DNA of 64,000 nt from Gammaproteobacteria bacterium. Lineage in GTDB: Bacteria > Pseudomonadota > Gammaproteobacteria > UWMA-0217. The DNA is taken from NCBI GenBank assembly GCA_027081275.1, contig JALWKV010000152.1, positions 6,820 through 70,819 of the forward strand. Reading direction: 5' to 3'. Shown here piece after piece: positions 12,266-24,373 of this stretch; positions within the stretch are counted from its first letter, which is position 1, and each line of letters begins with the position of its first letter. The notes beneath the pieces were generated by a model. The model was not told the DNA's origin and did no database searches. It worked only from the letters and a program-made list of their open reading frames with translations. The position numbers and the translations under genes were made by a program.

Positions 12266-12457
12266 ATGCAGGTATTGCAGGAGCAGATACCTGCCCGTGT
12301 GCCGCAGGAAAGTCTGATTTGATCAGACTTTCCTCGAATACCTCGCGCAATGGCGCGGCAAGGCCGGATTTCGGTGCAGCGGAATACTGCGTGACGAACA
12401 CGAAAATGACGTGGTTGTGGACCGAAAGTCGACCGGGCCGAGCCGTTGCGTCCCCGC

Positions 12458-12495
12458 AAACCCGCGATCCGTCGCGGGTTTATGTTATCTTTTTC
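12458..12495 (+). terminator. Terminator-like hairpin upstream of ndk
   Basis: acccgcga-tccg-tcgcgggt followed by ttatgttatcttttt. Confidence 0.35.
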
Positions 12496-12517
12496 CATTG
12501 AAATCTGGAGTTTCCCC

Positions 12518-12949
12518 ATGGCGATCGAACGCACCATTTCCATCATCAAGCCCGACGCAGTAGCCAAGAATGTCATTGGCGACATCTACAACCGCTTCGA
12601 GCAGGCCGGTCTGAAAATCGTCGCGGCAAAGATGAAGCACCTGAGCCGCCGCGAGGCCGAGGGCTTCTACGCCGTGCACAAGGAGCGTCCCTTCTTCAAC
12701 GATCTGGTCGAGTTCATGACCTCCGGTCCGGTGATGATTCAGGTGCTCGAAGGTGAAAACGCCATCGCCAAGAACCGCGAGCTGATGGGCGCCACCAATC
12801 CCGCCGAGGCCGCGCCGGGCACGATCCGCGCCGATCATGCCTCCACCATCGACGAGAATGCGGTACACGGTTCCGATGCGCCCGAAACCGCGGCCACCGA
12901 GATCGCCTATTTCTTCTCGACGATCGAAATCTGCCCCCGCACCCGTTGA
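12518..12949 (+). CDS. ndk: Nucleoside diphosphate kinase
   Basis: [15 protein letters not shown]…NAVHGSD…. Confidence 0.95.
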   Translation: MAIERTISIIKPDAVAKNVIGDIYNRFEQAGLKIVAAKMKHLSRREAEGFYAVHKERPFFNDLVEFMTSGPVMIQVLEGENAIAKNRELMGATNPAEAAPGTIRADHASTIDENAVHGSDAPETAATEIAYFFSTIEICPRTR

Positions 12950-12976
12950 GCGGGCGCCCGATGTCGGAGTAACCGT

Positions 12977-14079
<1,103 letters not shown>

Positions 14080-14083
<4 letters not shown>

Positions 14084-14820
14084 AACGCGCCCCGCTCGTC
14101 ATTCTGCTCCTGCTGCTGGCGCCGATGCTGGCCTCCTGCGTCGGCAACCGCGCCAAGGTGGACAAGCCGCGGGTGGCCGAGCTCAATACCCGGCTGGGGC
14201 TGGAATACCTCGGCCAGGGACGGCTCGATCTGGCGCGGATCAAGCTGGCGCGGGCGCTCGAGGCCGAGCCGAGGTCGGCGTCGGTGAACTGGGCCAATGC
14301 GCTGCTCTACGAAAAGCTGGGCGAGACCGAGAAGGCCGAATCCTTCTTCCGCAAGGCGCTGCGCGCCGATCCCGATTCCTCCGAGGCGCACAACAATTTC
14401 GGTGCGTTTCTCTGCGAGCAGGAGCGCTTCAAGGAGGGGGTGAAGCATTTCGAGAAGGCCGCCGCCAATCCGCTCTATCCGACGCCCGAGTATGCCCTGG
14501 CCAATGCCGGTCTCTGTCTGCTCGATGCCGGTGACGAGGCGCGCGCCGAGGCATTTTTTCGCAAGGCGCTGGAGCGCAACCCCAACTATGCGCGGGCGCT
14601 CTACCAGATGGCGTTGCTGACCTACAATCAGAAGCGCTACCTCTCGTCGCGCGCCTACCGCGAGCGTCTCGAAGCGGTACTGAAGAAAAAGGATCCGAGG
14701 GTGTTGTGGCTCTGCGTCGTTACCGAGCGGGCGATGAGCAACTACGACGACGCGGATCGTTGTGAGAAGGTTCTGAAAACCACATTCCCCGATACCAAGG
14801 AAGCCTCATCGCTGTACTGA
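14080..14820 (+). CDS. pilW: Type IV pilus biogenesis/stability lipoprotein PilW (PilF), TPR
   Basis: Signal peptide and lipobox LASC, followed by TPR repeats. It sits at the conserved position between rlmN and rodZ. Confidence 0.8.
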
Positions 14821-15830
14821 TGGAAGAGTCGAGCAACAACTTCGGTGCGCTGTTCCGCGCGGTCCGCGAACAGGCGGGGCGTCAGCTTTCCGACATGGCG
14901 GCGGAGTTGCACATCAATATCGCGCATCTGCAGGCGCTGGAAGACGAGCAGTTCGAGCAGCTGCCCAGCCACGCCTTTGCGCGCGGCTATATCCGCGCCT
15001 ACTGCCGGGCGCTGGAGACCGATCCCGAGCCGCTGCTGAAAGCCTATCTGCGCAGCGCCCCGCGGCTGGAGGAGTGGCACGCCAGCCAGCCGATCGACGA
15101 AGAGATGCGAGCCTCGCGTCTGCCGCTGGTGCTGGGCACGGCGGCGGTGGCGGCGACGGTGGTGGCGCTGTTCGTCGTCTGGTTCCTCGGCAGCGGCTAT
15201 CTGCGGAAGGAGCCGACCGTGGTCGACGAGGCGCAGCCTGCCGACGTCATACCGACACCGATCGTCGCAGCCGCACCGGTGGCCCGGCCCGAGCCGTCCG
15301 TCGGGGCAGTGCCGGCGGGCGAGGAGAGCGACCCGACGCCAGCCGCTGCCGATCAGCCGGAGCAAGAGGAGCAGAAAGCGGACGAAGAGGCTGCGGATGA
15401 CAAGGCCGATGCAGCGGAAAAAACCGGGGCCGAGGACTCGCCGGCTCCGGCTAAGGAAGAAAAGAACGAATCGCGCGGCGAACAGGAAGAGGCCGCATCC
15501 GACAAGCCGGCGCCCAAGCGGGGCAAGCCGGATCCCGACGATCCCGATATCATTCGCGCGCCGCAAGGCAATGACAGGGTGGAGATCACGCTCAAGGACA
15601 AGTCCTGGGTCGATATCCGCGACGCCAATGGCTATCGCCTGCTGCACGGGCTCTATCTGCCCGGCGCCAGCAAGACGCTGCTGGGCAAGGCGCCGTTTCA
15701 GGTCTTTCTCGGCAACGCGCCGGCGGTGGAGCTGAAGGCCGGGGGCAAGCCGTTCGACCTCAGCGGTTTCGTGCGCAGCAACAACACCGCCCGTTTCGCC
15801 GTTCTCAAGCAGCAATCCAACAAACGATAA
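14820..15830 (+). CDS. rodZ: Cytoskeleton protein RodZ-like (HTH then TM then low-complexity periplasmic region)
   Basis: N-terminal XRE-type HTH, a TM helix and a Pro/Ala/Glu-rich linker. The gene order matches the conserved cluster. Confidence 0.7.
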   Translation: MEESSNNFGALFRAVREQAGRQLSDMAAELHINIAHLQALEDEQFEQLPSHAFARGYIRAYCRALETDPEPLLKAYLRSAPRLEEWHASQPIDEEMRASRLPLVLGTAAVAATVVALFVVWFLGSGYLRKEPTVVDEAQPADVIPTPIVAAAPVARPEPSVGAVPAGEESDPTPAAADQPEQEEQKADEEAADDKADAAEKTGAEDSPAPAKEEKNESRGEQEEAASDKPAPKRGKPDPDDPDIIRAPQGNDRVEITLKDKSWVDIRDANGYRLLHGLYLPGASKTLLGKAPFQVFLGNAPAVELKAGGKPFDLSGFVRSNNTARFAVLKQQSNKR

Positions 15831-17117
15831 ATGGCAAAGCAGATCCAATCCATCCGCGGGATGCACGACATCCTGCCAGACGAGAGCGGCCAGTGGTTCT
15901 GGCTCGAAAGCCGCGCGCGCCTCATCCTCGAACGCTACGGCTACCGCGAGATTCGCACACCGATCGTGGAGAAGACCGAGCTGTTCAAGCGCTCGATCGG
16001 CGAGGTCACCGATATTGTCGAAAAGGAGATGTACACCTTCGAGGACCGCAACGGCGACAGCCTCAGCCTGCGTCCCGAGGGCACGGCGAGCTGCGTGCGC
16101 GCCGGCATTCAGCACGGCCTGTTCCACAACCAGCAGCAGCGGCTCTGGTATCAGGGGCCGATGTTTCGCCACGAGCGGCCGCAGAAGGGGCGCTATCGGC
16201 AGTTCCAGCAGATCGGTGTCGAGACCTTCGGCTTTGCTGGCCCGGAGATCGAGGCGGAGCTGATCGCGCTGTCGAAACGGCTCTGGGACGAGCTCGGCAT
16301 CGACGACGTCACGCTGGAGCTGAACACGCTGGGCACGCCGGAGAGCCGCCGCGCCTACCGCGAGGTGCTGGTGGCCTTCTACGAGGCCAACCGCGACCAG
16401 CTCGACGAGGACAGCCTGCGGCGGCTGGACGGCAACCCGCTGCGGATACTCGACAGCAAGAACCCGCAGATGCAGGCGCTCAACGAAGGTGCGCCGTCGC
16501 TGCACGATCACCTCGACGACGAGTCGAAAGCCCACTTCGAGATGCTCTGCCGCCTGCTCGACGACATCGGCATCGACTACCGCCTTAACCTCCGTCTGGT
16601 GCGCGGGCTGGACTACTACTCGCACACCGTCTTCGAATGGACCACCACCTCGCTTGGGGCGCAGGGCACCGTCTGCGCCGGCGGTCGCTACGATGGCCTG
16701 GTGACGCAGCTCGGCGGCAGGCCGACACCGGCGGCCGGTTTCGCCATGGGCGTCGAGCGTCTGCTGGAGCTGATCCGGGTGCGGCAGGGCGAGCAGGGCG
16801 CCTATCGTCCCGATGCCTATCTGCTGCTGGCGGGCGAGGCGGCGCAGCAGGCCGGCTTCGCGCTCGCCGAACGGCTGCGGGGCGATCTGCCGGCGCTGAA
16901 GCTGCAGGTCAATATCGGCGGCGGCAGTTTCAAGGCGCAGATGAAGCGGGCCGACAAGAGCGGCGCCGACGTGGCGCTGATCGTCGGCGACGACGAGTTG
17001 GCCGCCGGCCATGTCACCGTCAAGCCGCTGCGAGATCGAGACGCCGCGCAGCAGACCGTTCCCTATGATAGTGTTCGCGCCATACTGGAAGCGCGTGGAG
17101 AAACCCGAGATGACTGA
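15831..17117 (+). CDS. hisS: Histidine--tRNA ligase
   Basis: [18 protein letters not shown]…. Confidence 0.95.
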   Translation: MAKQIQSIRGMHDILPDESGQWFWLESRARLILERYGYREIRTPIVEKTELFKRSIGEVTDIVEKEMYTFEDRNGDSLSLRPEGTASCVRAGIQHGLFHNQQQRLWYQGPMFRHERPQKGRYRQFQQIGVETFGFAGPEIEAELIALSKRLWDELGIDDVTLELNTLGTPESRRAYREVLVAFYEANRDQLDEDSLRRLDGNPLRILDSKNPQMQALNEGAPSLHDHLDDESKAHFEMLCRLLDDIGIDYRLNLRLVRGLDYYSHTVFEWTTTSLGAQGTVCAGGRYDGLVTQLGGRPTPAAGFAMGVERLLELIRVRQGEQGAYRPDAYLLLAGEAAQQAGFALAERLRGDLPALKLQVNIGGGSFKAQMKRADKSGADVALIVGDDELAAGHVTVKPLRDRDAAQQTVPYDSVRAILEARGETRDD

Positions 17118-17760
17118 TTACGCAACCGACGAACAGAAAGTCGAGGAGCTGAAGAAGTGGTGGAACGAGAACGGCAACTACCTGATCGGTGGCGTCGTTC
17201 TCGGCCTGGCGATCCTGTTCGGCTGGAACTGGTGGAAGGATTACAAGGAGGAGCGCGCGCGCACCGCGTCCGGTCTCTTCTTGCAACTGGAGCAGGCCGT
17301 GGCGGCGGCGGACGACGAGCGCGCCCGGGTGCTGGAATCTCAGCTCACCGGCGACTATGGCGCCACCCCCTATGCGGCTGCCGCGGAACTGGCAATGGCG
17401 AAGCTGGCTGTCGACCGGAACGACCTTGGCGCCGCCGAGCTCTATCTGCGTTCGGCCGTCGAACTGGCCGATCAGGACGAGCTGCGCGAACTGGCCGAGC
17501 TGCGTCTGGCCCATGTGCTGACGGCGGCCGGCAAGAGTGGCGATGCGTTGGCCATTCTCGACCGCGAGTGGAACGCGGCCTGGACCTCGCTGCGCGAGGA
17601 GTTGCGCGGTGACGCCTATGCCGCCCAGGGCAAGCTGGAAGAGGCGCGTCAGGCCTATGACAAGGCGCTGCTGACGGCCGGTGGTCCGGCCAGCTTTCTG
17701 CGGTTCAAGCGTGATGCGCTGGGCGATGCGCCCGCGTCGGCCGGGGAGGGCGCTTCTTGA
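17110..17760 (+). CDS. yfgM: YfgM-like membrane-anchored TPR protein
   Basis: [39 protein letters not shown]… The ATG overlaps the hisS stop. Confidence 0.75.
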   Translation: MTDYATDEQKVEELKKWWNENGNYLIGGVVLGLAILFGWNWWKDYKEERARTASGLFLQLEQAVAAADDERARVLESQLTGDYGATPYAAAAELAMAKLAVDRNDLGAAELYLRSAVELADQDELRELAELRLAHVLTAAGKSGDALAILDREWNAAWTSLREELRGDAYAAQGKLEEARQAYDKALLTAGGPASFLRFKRDALGDAPASAGEGAS

Positions 17761-18893
17761 GACGGATTGCGCTACTGCTGATGACGCTGCTGCTGGGCGG
17801 CTGCGCTGCCACCGACAATGTCGCGCCGCCGACGGCGCTGACGCCGATCGACGAAACGCTGGAGACAATGAAGCTCTGGTCGCGCGACACCGGCAATGGC
17901 GAGGGCGGCCTGTTCCAGCGCCTGCAGCCGCGCGTCGAGAACGGCAAGGTCTTTGTCGTCAGCCAGGCGGGGGAATTCAGCGCCTGGAGCGAGGCCGGCA
18001 AGCCGCTGTGGAAGACCAAGCTGAAATCCTCGGCGACCGCAGGCGTCAATGGCGGCAGCGGCATCGTCGCGGCCGGCCGGGAAGAGCGGATCGTCGCCGC
18101 GCTGTCGCCCGAGGATGGCTCGCTGCGCTGGGAGCAAAACCTCACCAGCGTCGTCACGGCGCTGTCGCGCGTCGATCAGGGCGTGCTGGTGGCGCGTAGC
18201 GGGGATGGTTACATCTTCGGCCTCGATGCCGACAGCGGCAAGCTGCTGTGGAAGATCAACCGCAGCGTACCGGCGCTGTCGATCCACGGCCAGAGCGAGC
18301 CGCTGCTGGCCGGCGGGGCGGTGCTGGTCGGGCTCGACAACGGCAGGTTGCTGCTGGCGTCGCTGAAGGATGGTCGCGTCGCCTGGGAGAAGGTGGTCGC
18401 CATTCCCAGGGGGCGCAGCGAAATCGAGCGCATGGTCGATATCGACGGCCCGCTGGCGCTGAAGGGCGCCATCGTCTTCGTCGTCACCTACCACGGCAAG
18501 GTCGCCGCCATCGACGCGCGCAACGGCAAGACGCTGTGGATGCACGACGCCTCCAGCGTCACCGGCGTCACCGAGGCCGGCGGCCGCGTGCTGTTCAGCG
18601 ACGACAACAGCCTCGTCTGGTCGCTCGATGAACGCACCGGCACGCCCATCTGGAAGCAGGAGGCGCTCAAGTTCCGCCGCCTGACCCGCCCGGTCGCCGT
18701 CGGCGACTATCTCGTCGTCGGCGATTTCGAGGGCTATCTGCACTGGCTCGACGCCGCCACCGGCAAGATCGTCGCCCGCGATCGCGCCAGCCACAGCGCC
18801 ATCCTGGCCGCGCCGGTGGTCGAGGGCGGCAGGGTCTACGTGCTGGCTGCCGACGGCAAGCTCAGCGCCTGGGAGATCGGCGGCGGCAAATGA
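17757..18893 (+). CDS. bamB: Outer membrane protein assembly factor BamB (PQQ-like beta-propeller lipoprotein)
   Basis: Lipobox LLGGCA and repeated PQQ-like motifs. Confidence 0.85.
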   Translation: MRRIALLLMTLLLGGCAATDNVAPPTALTPIDETLETMKLWSRDTGNGEGGLFQRLQPRVENGKVFVVSQAGEFSAWSEAGKPLWKTKLKSSATAGVNGGSGIVAAGREERIVAALSPEDGSLRWEQNLTSVVTALSRVDQGVLVARSGDGYIFGLDADSGKLLWKINRSVPALSIHGQSEPLLAGGAVLVGLDNGRLLLASLKDGRVAWEKVVAIPRGRSEIERMVDIDGPLALKGAIVFVVTYHGKVAAIDARNGKTLWMHDASSVTGVTEAGGRVLFSDDNSLVWSLDERTGTPIWKQEALKFRRLTRPVAVGDYLVVGDFEGYLHWLDAATGKIVARDRASHSAILAAPVVEGGRVYVLAADGKLSAWEIGGGK

Positions 18894-20287
18894 GCACCGT
18901 CATCGCGCTGGTCGGGCGTCCCAATGTCGGCAAGTCCACGCTGTTCAACCAGCTCACCCGTTCCCGCGACGCCATCGTCGCTGACTTTCCGGGACTGACG
19001 CGTGATCGTCAGTATGGCTTTGGCAAGCTCGGCGGCCACTATCTGGTCATCGACACCGGCGGCCTTGGCGAGGAGAGCGAGGCGATCGACGATCTGATGT
19101 CGGAGCAGACGCGCCAGGGCATCGAGGAGGCCGACCGAATCATCTGGCTGCTCGACGCCCGCGCCGGCCTGACGCCAGGCGACGAGGCGATCGCCGAATC
19201 GCTGCGCCGCAGCGGCAAGCCGGTCTATCTCGCCGTCAACAAGACCGACGGGCTCGATGCCGAGCAGGCGATGGCCGAATTCCACGGCCTGGGTTTCTCC
19301 ACGCCGATGCCGATCGCCGCCTCCCACGGTCGCGGCCTGCAGAAGCTGATGGAGGTGGTGCTGGAAGGCAGCGACGCGCTCGACGCCGAACCCACCGAGG
19401 AAGAGAAAGCCCTGGCCGGCATCCGCATCGCCTTCGTCGGCCGACCCAACGTCGGCAAGTCCACATTGCTCAACCGCATTCTCGGCGAGGAGCGCGTCGT
19501 CGTCAGCGATGTGCCGGGCACCACGCGCGACAGCATCTCCGTGCCGTTCGAGCGCGACGGCCAGCGCTACACACTGATCGACACCGCCGGCATCCGCCGT
19601 CGCGGCAAGGTCAAGGAGACGGTGGAGAAGTTCAGCATCGTCAAGACGCTGGCCTCGATCGAGGCCGCCGATGTCGCCATCCACCTCATCGATTGCCACG
19701 AGGGCATCACCGATCAGGATGTCAGCCTGATCGGCCTGTCGGTCAATGCCGGCAAGTCGGTCATCGTCTGTCTCAACAAGTGGGACGGACTCGGCGAGGC
19801 AGAGAAGGAGAAGCTGAAAAAGGAGTATGCGCGCCGGCTGGCCTTCCTCGACTTCGCCGAGCACTACACCATTTCCGCGCTGCACGGCACCGGCGTCGGC
19901 CTGCTGTTCGACGCCGTCAAGCGCGCCTGGCGCTCGGCCACCATCGACATCCCGACCACCCGCATGACGCGGCTGCTGGAGATGGCCGTCGCGCGCCACC
20001 AGCCGCCGATGGTGCGGGGGCGACGCATCAAGCTGCGCTACGCTCACCAGGGAGGGCGCCGGCCGCCGGTCATCGTCATCCACGGCAACCAGACCGAGCG
20101 CGTGCCGGCCGCCTACAAGCGCTATCTGGAAAACTTCTTCCGCAGCCAGCTCAAGCTCGTGGGCACCCCGATCCGCATCGAGTTCAAGACGACGGAGAAT
20201 CCCTTTGCCCGTCGCAAGGGCCGCAAGAGCAAGGCGCCGGCTCAGGCGCGTGGGGGAAGCACCACGCGGCGGGGCAGGGGGCACTGA
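18890..20287 (+). CDS. der: Ribosome biogenesis GTPase Der (EngA)
   Basis: Two GTPase domains, GRPNVGKST twice. Confidence 0.95.
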   Translation: MSTVIALVGRPNVGKSTLFNQLTRSRDAIVADFPGLTRDRQYGFGKLGGHYLVIDTGGLGEESEAIDDLMSEQTRQGIEEADRIIWLLDARAGLTPGDEAIAESLRRSGKPVYLAVNKTDGLDAEQAMAEFHGLGFSTPMPIAASHGRGLQKLMEVVLEGSDALDAEPTEEEKALAGIRIAFVGRPNVGKSTLLNRILGEERVVVSDVPGTTRDSISVPFERDGQRYTLIDTAGIRRRGKVKETVEKFSIVKTLASIEAADVAIHLIDCHEGITDQDVSLIGLSVNAGKSVIVCLNKWDGLGEAEKEKLKKEYARRLAFLDFAEHYTISALHGTGVGLLFDAVKRAWRSATIDIPTTRMTRLLEMAVARHQPPMVRGRRIKLRYAHQGGRRPPVIVIHGNQTERVPAAYKRYLENFFRSQLKLVGTPIRIEFKTTENPFARRKGRKSKAPAQARGGSTTRRGRGH

Positions 20288-20398
20288 TTGCTGCCGATGT
20301 CGCTGCGTTTGAAGCGGCCACAGCGATTGGTCACGCGAATGGACGTGTCGGTCAACCCCCCGGCCGGGCCGAGAAGCGCAGGAAAAGCGGGATGACCG

Positions 20399-20421
20399 GG
20401 GCGGCATTTTTCGCCCTTTTT
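20399..20421 (+). terminator. Putative rho-independent terminator of der
   Basis: gggcg-N8-cgccc followed by ttttt. Confidence 0.4.
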
Positions 20422-20636
20422 CGTTGCTGGAGGCAAAAAGGGACTCGGCTCCTCGGGAGGGAGCCGAAACCCGCAGGACGCCAGCCATGCCTGTAAATCC
20501 GGCAGAGCGGGAAAAGGAAGCAACGACCCCGTTCTCCCGTCATTCCGGGCGGAGTGAAACGGAGACCCGGAATCCAGTACCTCGGCATGGATTCCCGCTT
20601 TCGCGGGAATGACGGTGGGGGCTGACAAAGATGGGT

Positions 20637-20694
20637 TAACCCGGATTTCTCACCACCCTTCTACTGCGACGTTCCAATGGCGTGCCCTGGCTGG
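20637..20694. mobile_element. MITE-1 copy 2: truncated, one end only (~56 bp)
   Basis: TA|acccggatttctcaccacccttctactgcgacgttccaatggcgtgccctggctgg, then the similarity is lost. Confidence 0.45.
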
Positions 20695-20727
20695 GCCGCC
20701 TGTCGTCCAGCCGAACCGGCGATGATA

Positions 20728-21786
20728 TTACCTCTTTGCCCCCTTCTGAATGCTGCCGAAATCCCTGACCCATGGCGCCGCGTTGCCGGCGCGTTGCCGC
20801 AGCGCCTGCTGGGCGGTGCGGGCCAGTGACAGGGTGGGGTAGTCGCCCTGATAGACGATGTAGCGGTTGCCGAGATGCTGGATGGCGACCGGCGGGCGGA
20901 GTCCGCCGGCGGCCTGTCGCGCCGCGTCGAGGCTGCCGTAGCTGCCGATCTGGATGGTGTAGTGGCTCGGGTTGCGCGTCGTCAGCCAGCTTTCATCGTG
21001 GAAACCGGGGGCGGCGCCGGTGGTTCTCTGGGCGACGGGGCTGAGCGCTTCGGCCTGCTGCCGTTCGGGGCTGTCGGGGAAGGCGCTGCGCAGCTTCTCG
21101 ACATAGGCGGCAACGCCGGCGGGGTTGCCCAGCGCCTGTTCGATGCGGGCGCCGAGCAGTAGCGTCTTGGGGGTGTGGACCGCGTGGTTGAGGTACTGGT
21201 CGAGCCAGGTGCTGGCTTCGACCGGCTTGCCCTTGTCGAGGCTGAGGCTGGCGAGTTGGTAGAGGGCGGTGGGCAGTCCGCTGTTCTGCTGGACGGCCTT
21301 TTTCAGCAGCGCTTCGGCCAGTTGCGGGTCGCCGGCGCGGCGGGCGCAGAGGCCGGCGTTGGTCCAGGCGATCTCGGGCACCGGATTGTTGTCGAGGCTG
21401 GCGGCGCGGGCGAAGGTCTGCTGCGCCTCGTCCCAGCGCTTCTGGCTGCAGAAAAAACCGGCCTGGTTGTTGAGCAGGGCGGGGGCGTCGGGCGTGAGTT
21501 GCAGGGCGCGGCGAAAGGCCTTTTCCGCCCCCTCCGGCTGGTCGAGGCGCTGGTTGATGAGGCCGACCAGACCCCAGGCTTCGGCGTTGGCGGGATTCTT
21601 CTCGACGGCGGCCGAGGCGAGTTCGAAAGCCTGCATCAGCTGCCTGTTGCGGTAGGCGGTGACGGCCTGGCGGTAGAGCTGGCCGGAGGCGGCGATGGCT
21701 TCGCCGGTGACGTTGCCGCCGCCGGGGCCGCCGGTCGTTGCGCAGCCGGCCAGCAGCAGGATGGTGAGCAGTAGCAGTGATCGCAT
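20728..21786 (-). CDS. TPR-repeat lipoprotein with a C-terminal SPOR (peptidoglycan-binding) domain
   Basis: Lipobox LLAGCA and TPR repeats. The C-terminal ~80 aa are SPOR-like (…YTIQIGSY…A…). Confidence 0.7.
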   Translation of the reverse strand: MRSLLLLTILLLAGCATTGGPGGGNVTGEAIAASGQLYRQAVTAYRNRQLMQAFELASAAVEKNPANAEAWGLVGLINQRLDQPEGAEKAFRRALQLTPDAPALLNNQAGFFCSQKRWDEAQQTFARAASLDNNPVPEIAWTNAGLCARRAGDPQLAEALLKKAVQQNSGLPTALYQLASLSLDKGKPVEASTWLDQYLNHAVHTPKTLLLGARIEQALGNPAGVAAYVEKLRSAFPDSPERQQAEALSPVAQRTTGAAPGFHDESWLTTRNPSHYTIQIGSYGSLDAARQAAGGLRPPVAIQHLGNRYIVYQGDYPTLSLARTAQQALRQRAGNAAPWVRDFGSIQKGAKR

Positions 21787-22007
21787 GGCTGGGCTCCGGT
21801 TGTGGGATAACCCCCTCTCCCTTTAGGGAGAGGGCCGGGGAGAGGGTGAATACAGCCGGCTCGCCGGACAGGCTTCGCTCTGCCCGGGCCGCGGGAATGA
21901 ATGCGGAAGGGTATCACGCTGCCGGAATCCGCCGCTATATCGCCGGCGGTCATATCGGGTACACTCCGAAGTCCTCCGTGGCTATTCGATAGGGTGTCGT
22001 TCGCACG

Positions 22008-22214
22008 ATGTTTCAGACTGGAGATGAGCAACTGAAGCAGGAGCTGTTCGATCTGCGCCTGGAACATGGCGGCCTCAACGAGCTGATCGACCGCATGGCG
22101 CATGATCCCACCGTGGATCAGCTGCAGCTGGCGCGGCTGAAGAAGCGCAAGCTCCAGCTCAAGGACGCGATCAAGAAGCTCGAAAGCAAGCTGATCCCCG
22201 ATATCGACGCCTGA
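22008..22214 (+). CDS. DUF465 (YdcH-like) family protein
   Basis: MFQTGDEQLKQELFDLRLEH…LKKRKLQLKDAI… is a typical DUF465 pattern. Confidence 0.7.
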   Translation: MFQTGDEQLKQELFDLRLEHGGLNELIDRMAHDPTVDQLQLARLKKRKLQLKDAIKKLESKLIPDIDA

Positions 22215-22217
22215 CCG

Positions 22218-23294
22218 GTGCCCCTTCTCCACGTCGTCATCTCCGCCCACGGCTATGGGCATCTCTCCCAGATCGCGCCCGTGATCAACGGCCTGCATGG
22301 CGCCGTTGCCGGCCTCGATGTGACGGTGCAGACCGAGATACCCCGCGCCCTCATCGAAAAACGCCTCGATTGCCCGTTCCGCCAGTTGGCGCGGACCGCC
22401 GACATCGGCATGCTGATGGATGGGCCGACGGTGATTCGCTGGGAGGAGAGCCTGCGCGCCTACCAGTCCTTCCACCGCGACTGGGACAGTCATATGGAGG
22501 CGCAGACGGCGATCTTCTCCGCGAATCGTCCCGATCTGGTGCTGACCGACATTCCCTGCCTGCCGCTGGTGGCGGCGAAGTCGCTCGGCATTCCCGCCGT
22601 CGCCTACAGCTCGCTGAACTGGGTGGACATCATCGAGGTAAACGAGCGGATCGCCGACCGGATGCGTCCCGAGCTGGCGGCGATGCGCGACGCCTACCGC
22701 CAGGCGGACTGCTTCATCCAGCCGGAGCCGTCGATGCCGATGCCGTGGCTGGAAAGGCGCTGTCCGGTCGGGCCGGTGATGCTGGTGGGCGAGAACATTC
22801 GCCCCCGGATCGACGCCGATCTGGGGCTCGCGCCCGGCGACAGGCTGGTGCTGGTCAGCCTGGGCGGCATTCCGCTGGCCGACCGGCTCGAGTGCTGGCC
22901 CGCGCTGCCGGGCGTGCACTGGATGATCGCCGACAGCGCGGCGCGCGAGCGCGACGACGTCCATCTCTGGCACGAAGCGCAATACCGCTTCATCGACGTG
23001 CTGGCCTCGGCCGATCTGGTCATTACCAAGCCCGGCTACGGCATGTTCACCGAAATTGCCGCCGTCGGCCTGCCGGCGCTCAATATCGCCCGTCCCGACT
23101 GGGGCGAGTCGGCCGTGCTGGAGCAGTGGCTCGGCGCCCGCACCGCGCTGCGCACCATCCCGCTCCAGCAGCTGCTCGAGGGCGACATCGCGGCCGAGGT
23201 GGCCGGGCTGTTGGCGGCCGGTCGTTCCGCGCCGACGCCGCCGACCGGCATCGCCGAAGCCGTTGCGTTGCTGCAGCGCTATTTCGGCACTTGA
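22218..23294 (+). CDS. Putative GT-B fold glycosyltransferase (MurG/UDP-glycosyltransferase-like). GTG start 3 nt after the DUF465 stop.
   Basis: N-terminal HGYGHLSQ motif and C-terminal …LVITKPGYGMFTEIAAVGLPAL… are GT-B hallmarks. The family is unassigned. Confidence 0.55.
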   Translation: MPLLHVVISAHGYGHLSQIAPVINGLHGAVAGLDVTVQTEIPRALIEKRLDCPFRQLARTADIGMLMDGPTVIRWEESLRAYQSFHRDWDSHMEAQTAIFSANRPDLVLTDIPCLPLVAAKSLGIPAVAYSSLNWVDIIEVNERIADRMRPELAAMRDAYRQADCFIQPEPSMPMPWLERRCPVGPVMLVGENIRPRIDADLGLAPGDRLVLVSLGGIPLADRLECWPALPGVHWMIADSAARERDDVHLWHEAQYRFIDVLASADLVITKPGYGMFTEIAAVGLPALNIARPDWGESAVLEQWLGARTALRTIPLQQLLEGDIAAEVAGLLAAGRSAPTPPTGIAEAVALLQRYFGT

Positions 23295-23366
23295 TCCGTT
23301 TCCCGCCGAGTCGTGATTCATGGCATGATGCGGCGCACAGATGGAACACGATTCAGGAGACCCCGA

Positions 23367-23932
23367 TGAAACTGAACTACTGGCTGGCTGGCATGCTGCT
23401 TGGCCTTGCCTGCGGCGCGCAGGCCGCGGAATTCGAGCTGGCGCTGAGCAAGGACAGCGCGGCGATCGACATTCTCAACGACTCGGCCATGCTCGGCAGC
23501 GGCGGCGCCGAGCTGAGCTTCGGCGGGCTCTACAACGACGCCGACGATATCGAGGCGCACATCGGCCTGCTGGTTCGCGGCGTGCCGGCGGGTGAGCAGC
23601 CGTTCAGCTTTGGCCTCGGCGGCCGGATCTATTTCGCGAACCTGGACGAAGCCGACGCCAGCGTCGGCGCGCTGGCGCTCGGCGCCGGGGCCCGCTATCT
23701 CATTCCCGGCAATATTCCGATGACCGTCGGCGCCGATGTCTATTTCGCGCCGGGCATCACCACCTTCAGCGATGGCGAGGATCTGCTCGATCTGAAAATC
23801 CGTTTCGAGGCCGATGTGCTGCCGTCTGCCACCGCCTTCATCGGTTACCGCAATGTGGTCGTCAATATCGAGGATGGGCCGAGCTACGATATCGACGAAA
23901 ACGTCCACCTCGGCATCAGGATTCTTTTCTAG
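23367..23932 (+). CDS. YfaZ-family outer membrane beta-barrel protein
   Basis: Signal peptide, a ~180-aa barrel with alternating hydrophobic residues, and a C-terminal …LGIRILF. Confidence 0.7.
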
Positions 23933-23934
23933 CC

Positions 23935-24354
23935 ATGAGCAGCAGCGACCGTCCGGAAGTGGCTTTCGGCGATGTGCTCGTCCGTGAGGCGGGCGATCCC
24001 TATCGCAACGAGGTTTTCACCCATTCCCACCGGCTGATCGTCGACGAGCCGGTGCCCAAGGGCGGCAACGACGAAGGCCCTCGGCCGACCGAACTGCTGC
24101 TGGCGGCGCTCGGCAGCTGCATCAGCATCACGCTGCGGATGTACGCCGAGCACAAGGGCATCGACGCCGGCCCCATCAGCGTGGCGGTCAGCCGTGACCC
24201 GAAACAGCCGACGACATTCCAGGTCGATGTCCAGGTTAAGGGCGATCTCGATGAGGCGCAGCTCAAGCGCATGCGCGCCATCGCCGGCAAATGCCCGGTG
24301 CACAAGCTGCTGACTTCCGATCTGGAAATCGTCCGAACGCTCAATGGAAAATGA
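23935..24354 (+). CDS. OsmC/Ohr family protein
   Basis: …PTELLLAALGSC…AIAGKCPVHKLL…. Confidence 0.8.
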   Translation: MSSSDRPEVAFGDVLVREAGDPYRNEVFTHSHRLIVDEPVPKGGNDEGPRPTELLLAALGSCISITLRMYAEHKGIDAGPISVAVSRDPKQPTTFQVDVQVKGDLDEAQLKRMRAIAGKCPVHKLLTSDLEIVRTLNGK

Positions 24355-24373
24355 TTTGACGAGGTAATCCAAC

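Noticed and set aside
12150-12401. 83-aa minus-strand ORF in the isc-ndk intergenic region
   Set aside because: It lies across multiple palindromes and the hairpin array. It has no RBS, no homology and atypical composition. The region is judged non-coding.
20530-20615. An ~80-bp nested hairpin considered as a tRNA
   Set aside because: It has no 7-bp acceptor stem plus D/anticodon/T-arm arrangement and no GTTCRANYC T-loop. It is better explained as a REP-like structured element.
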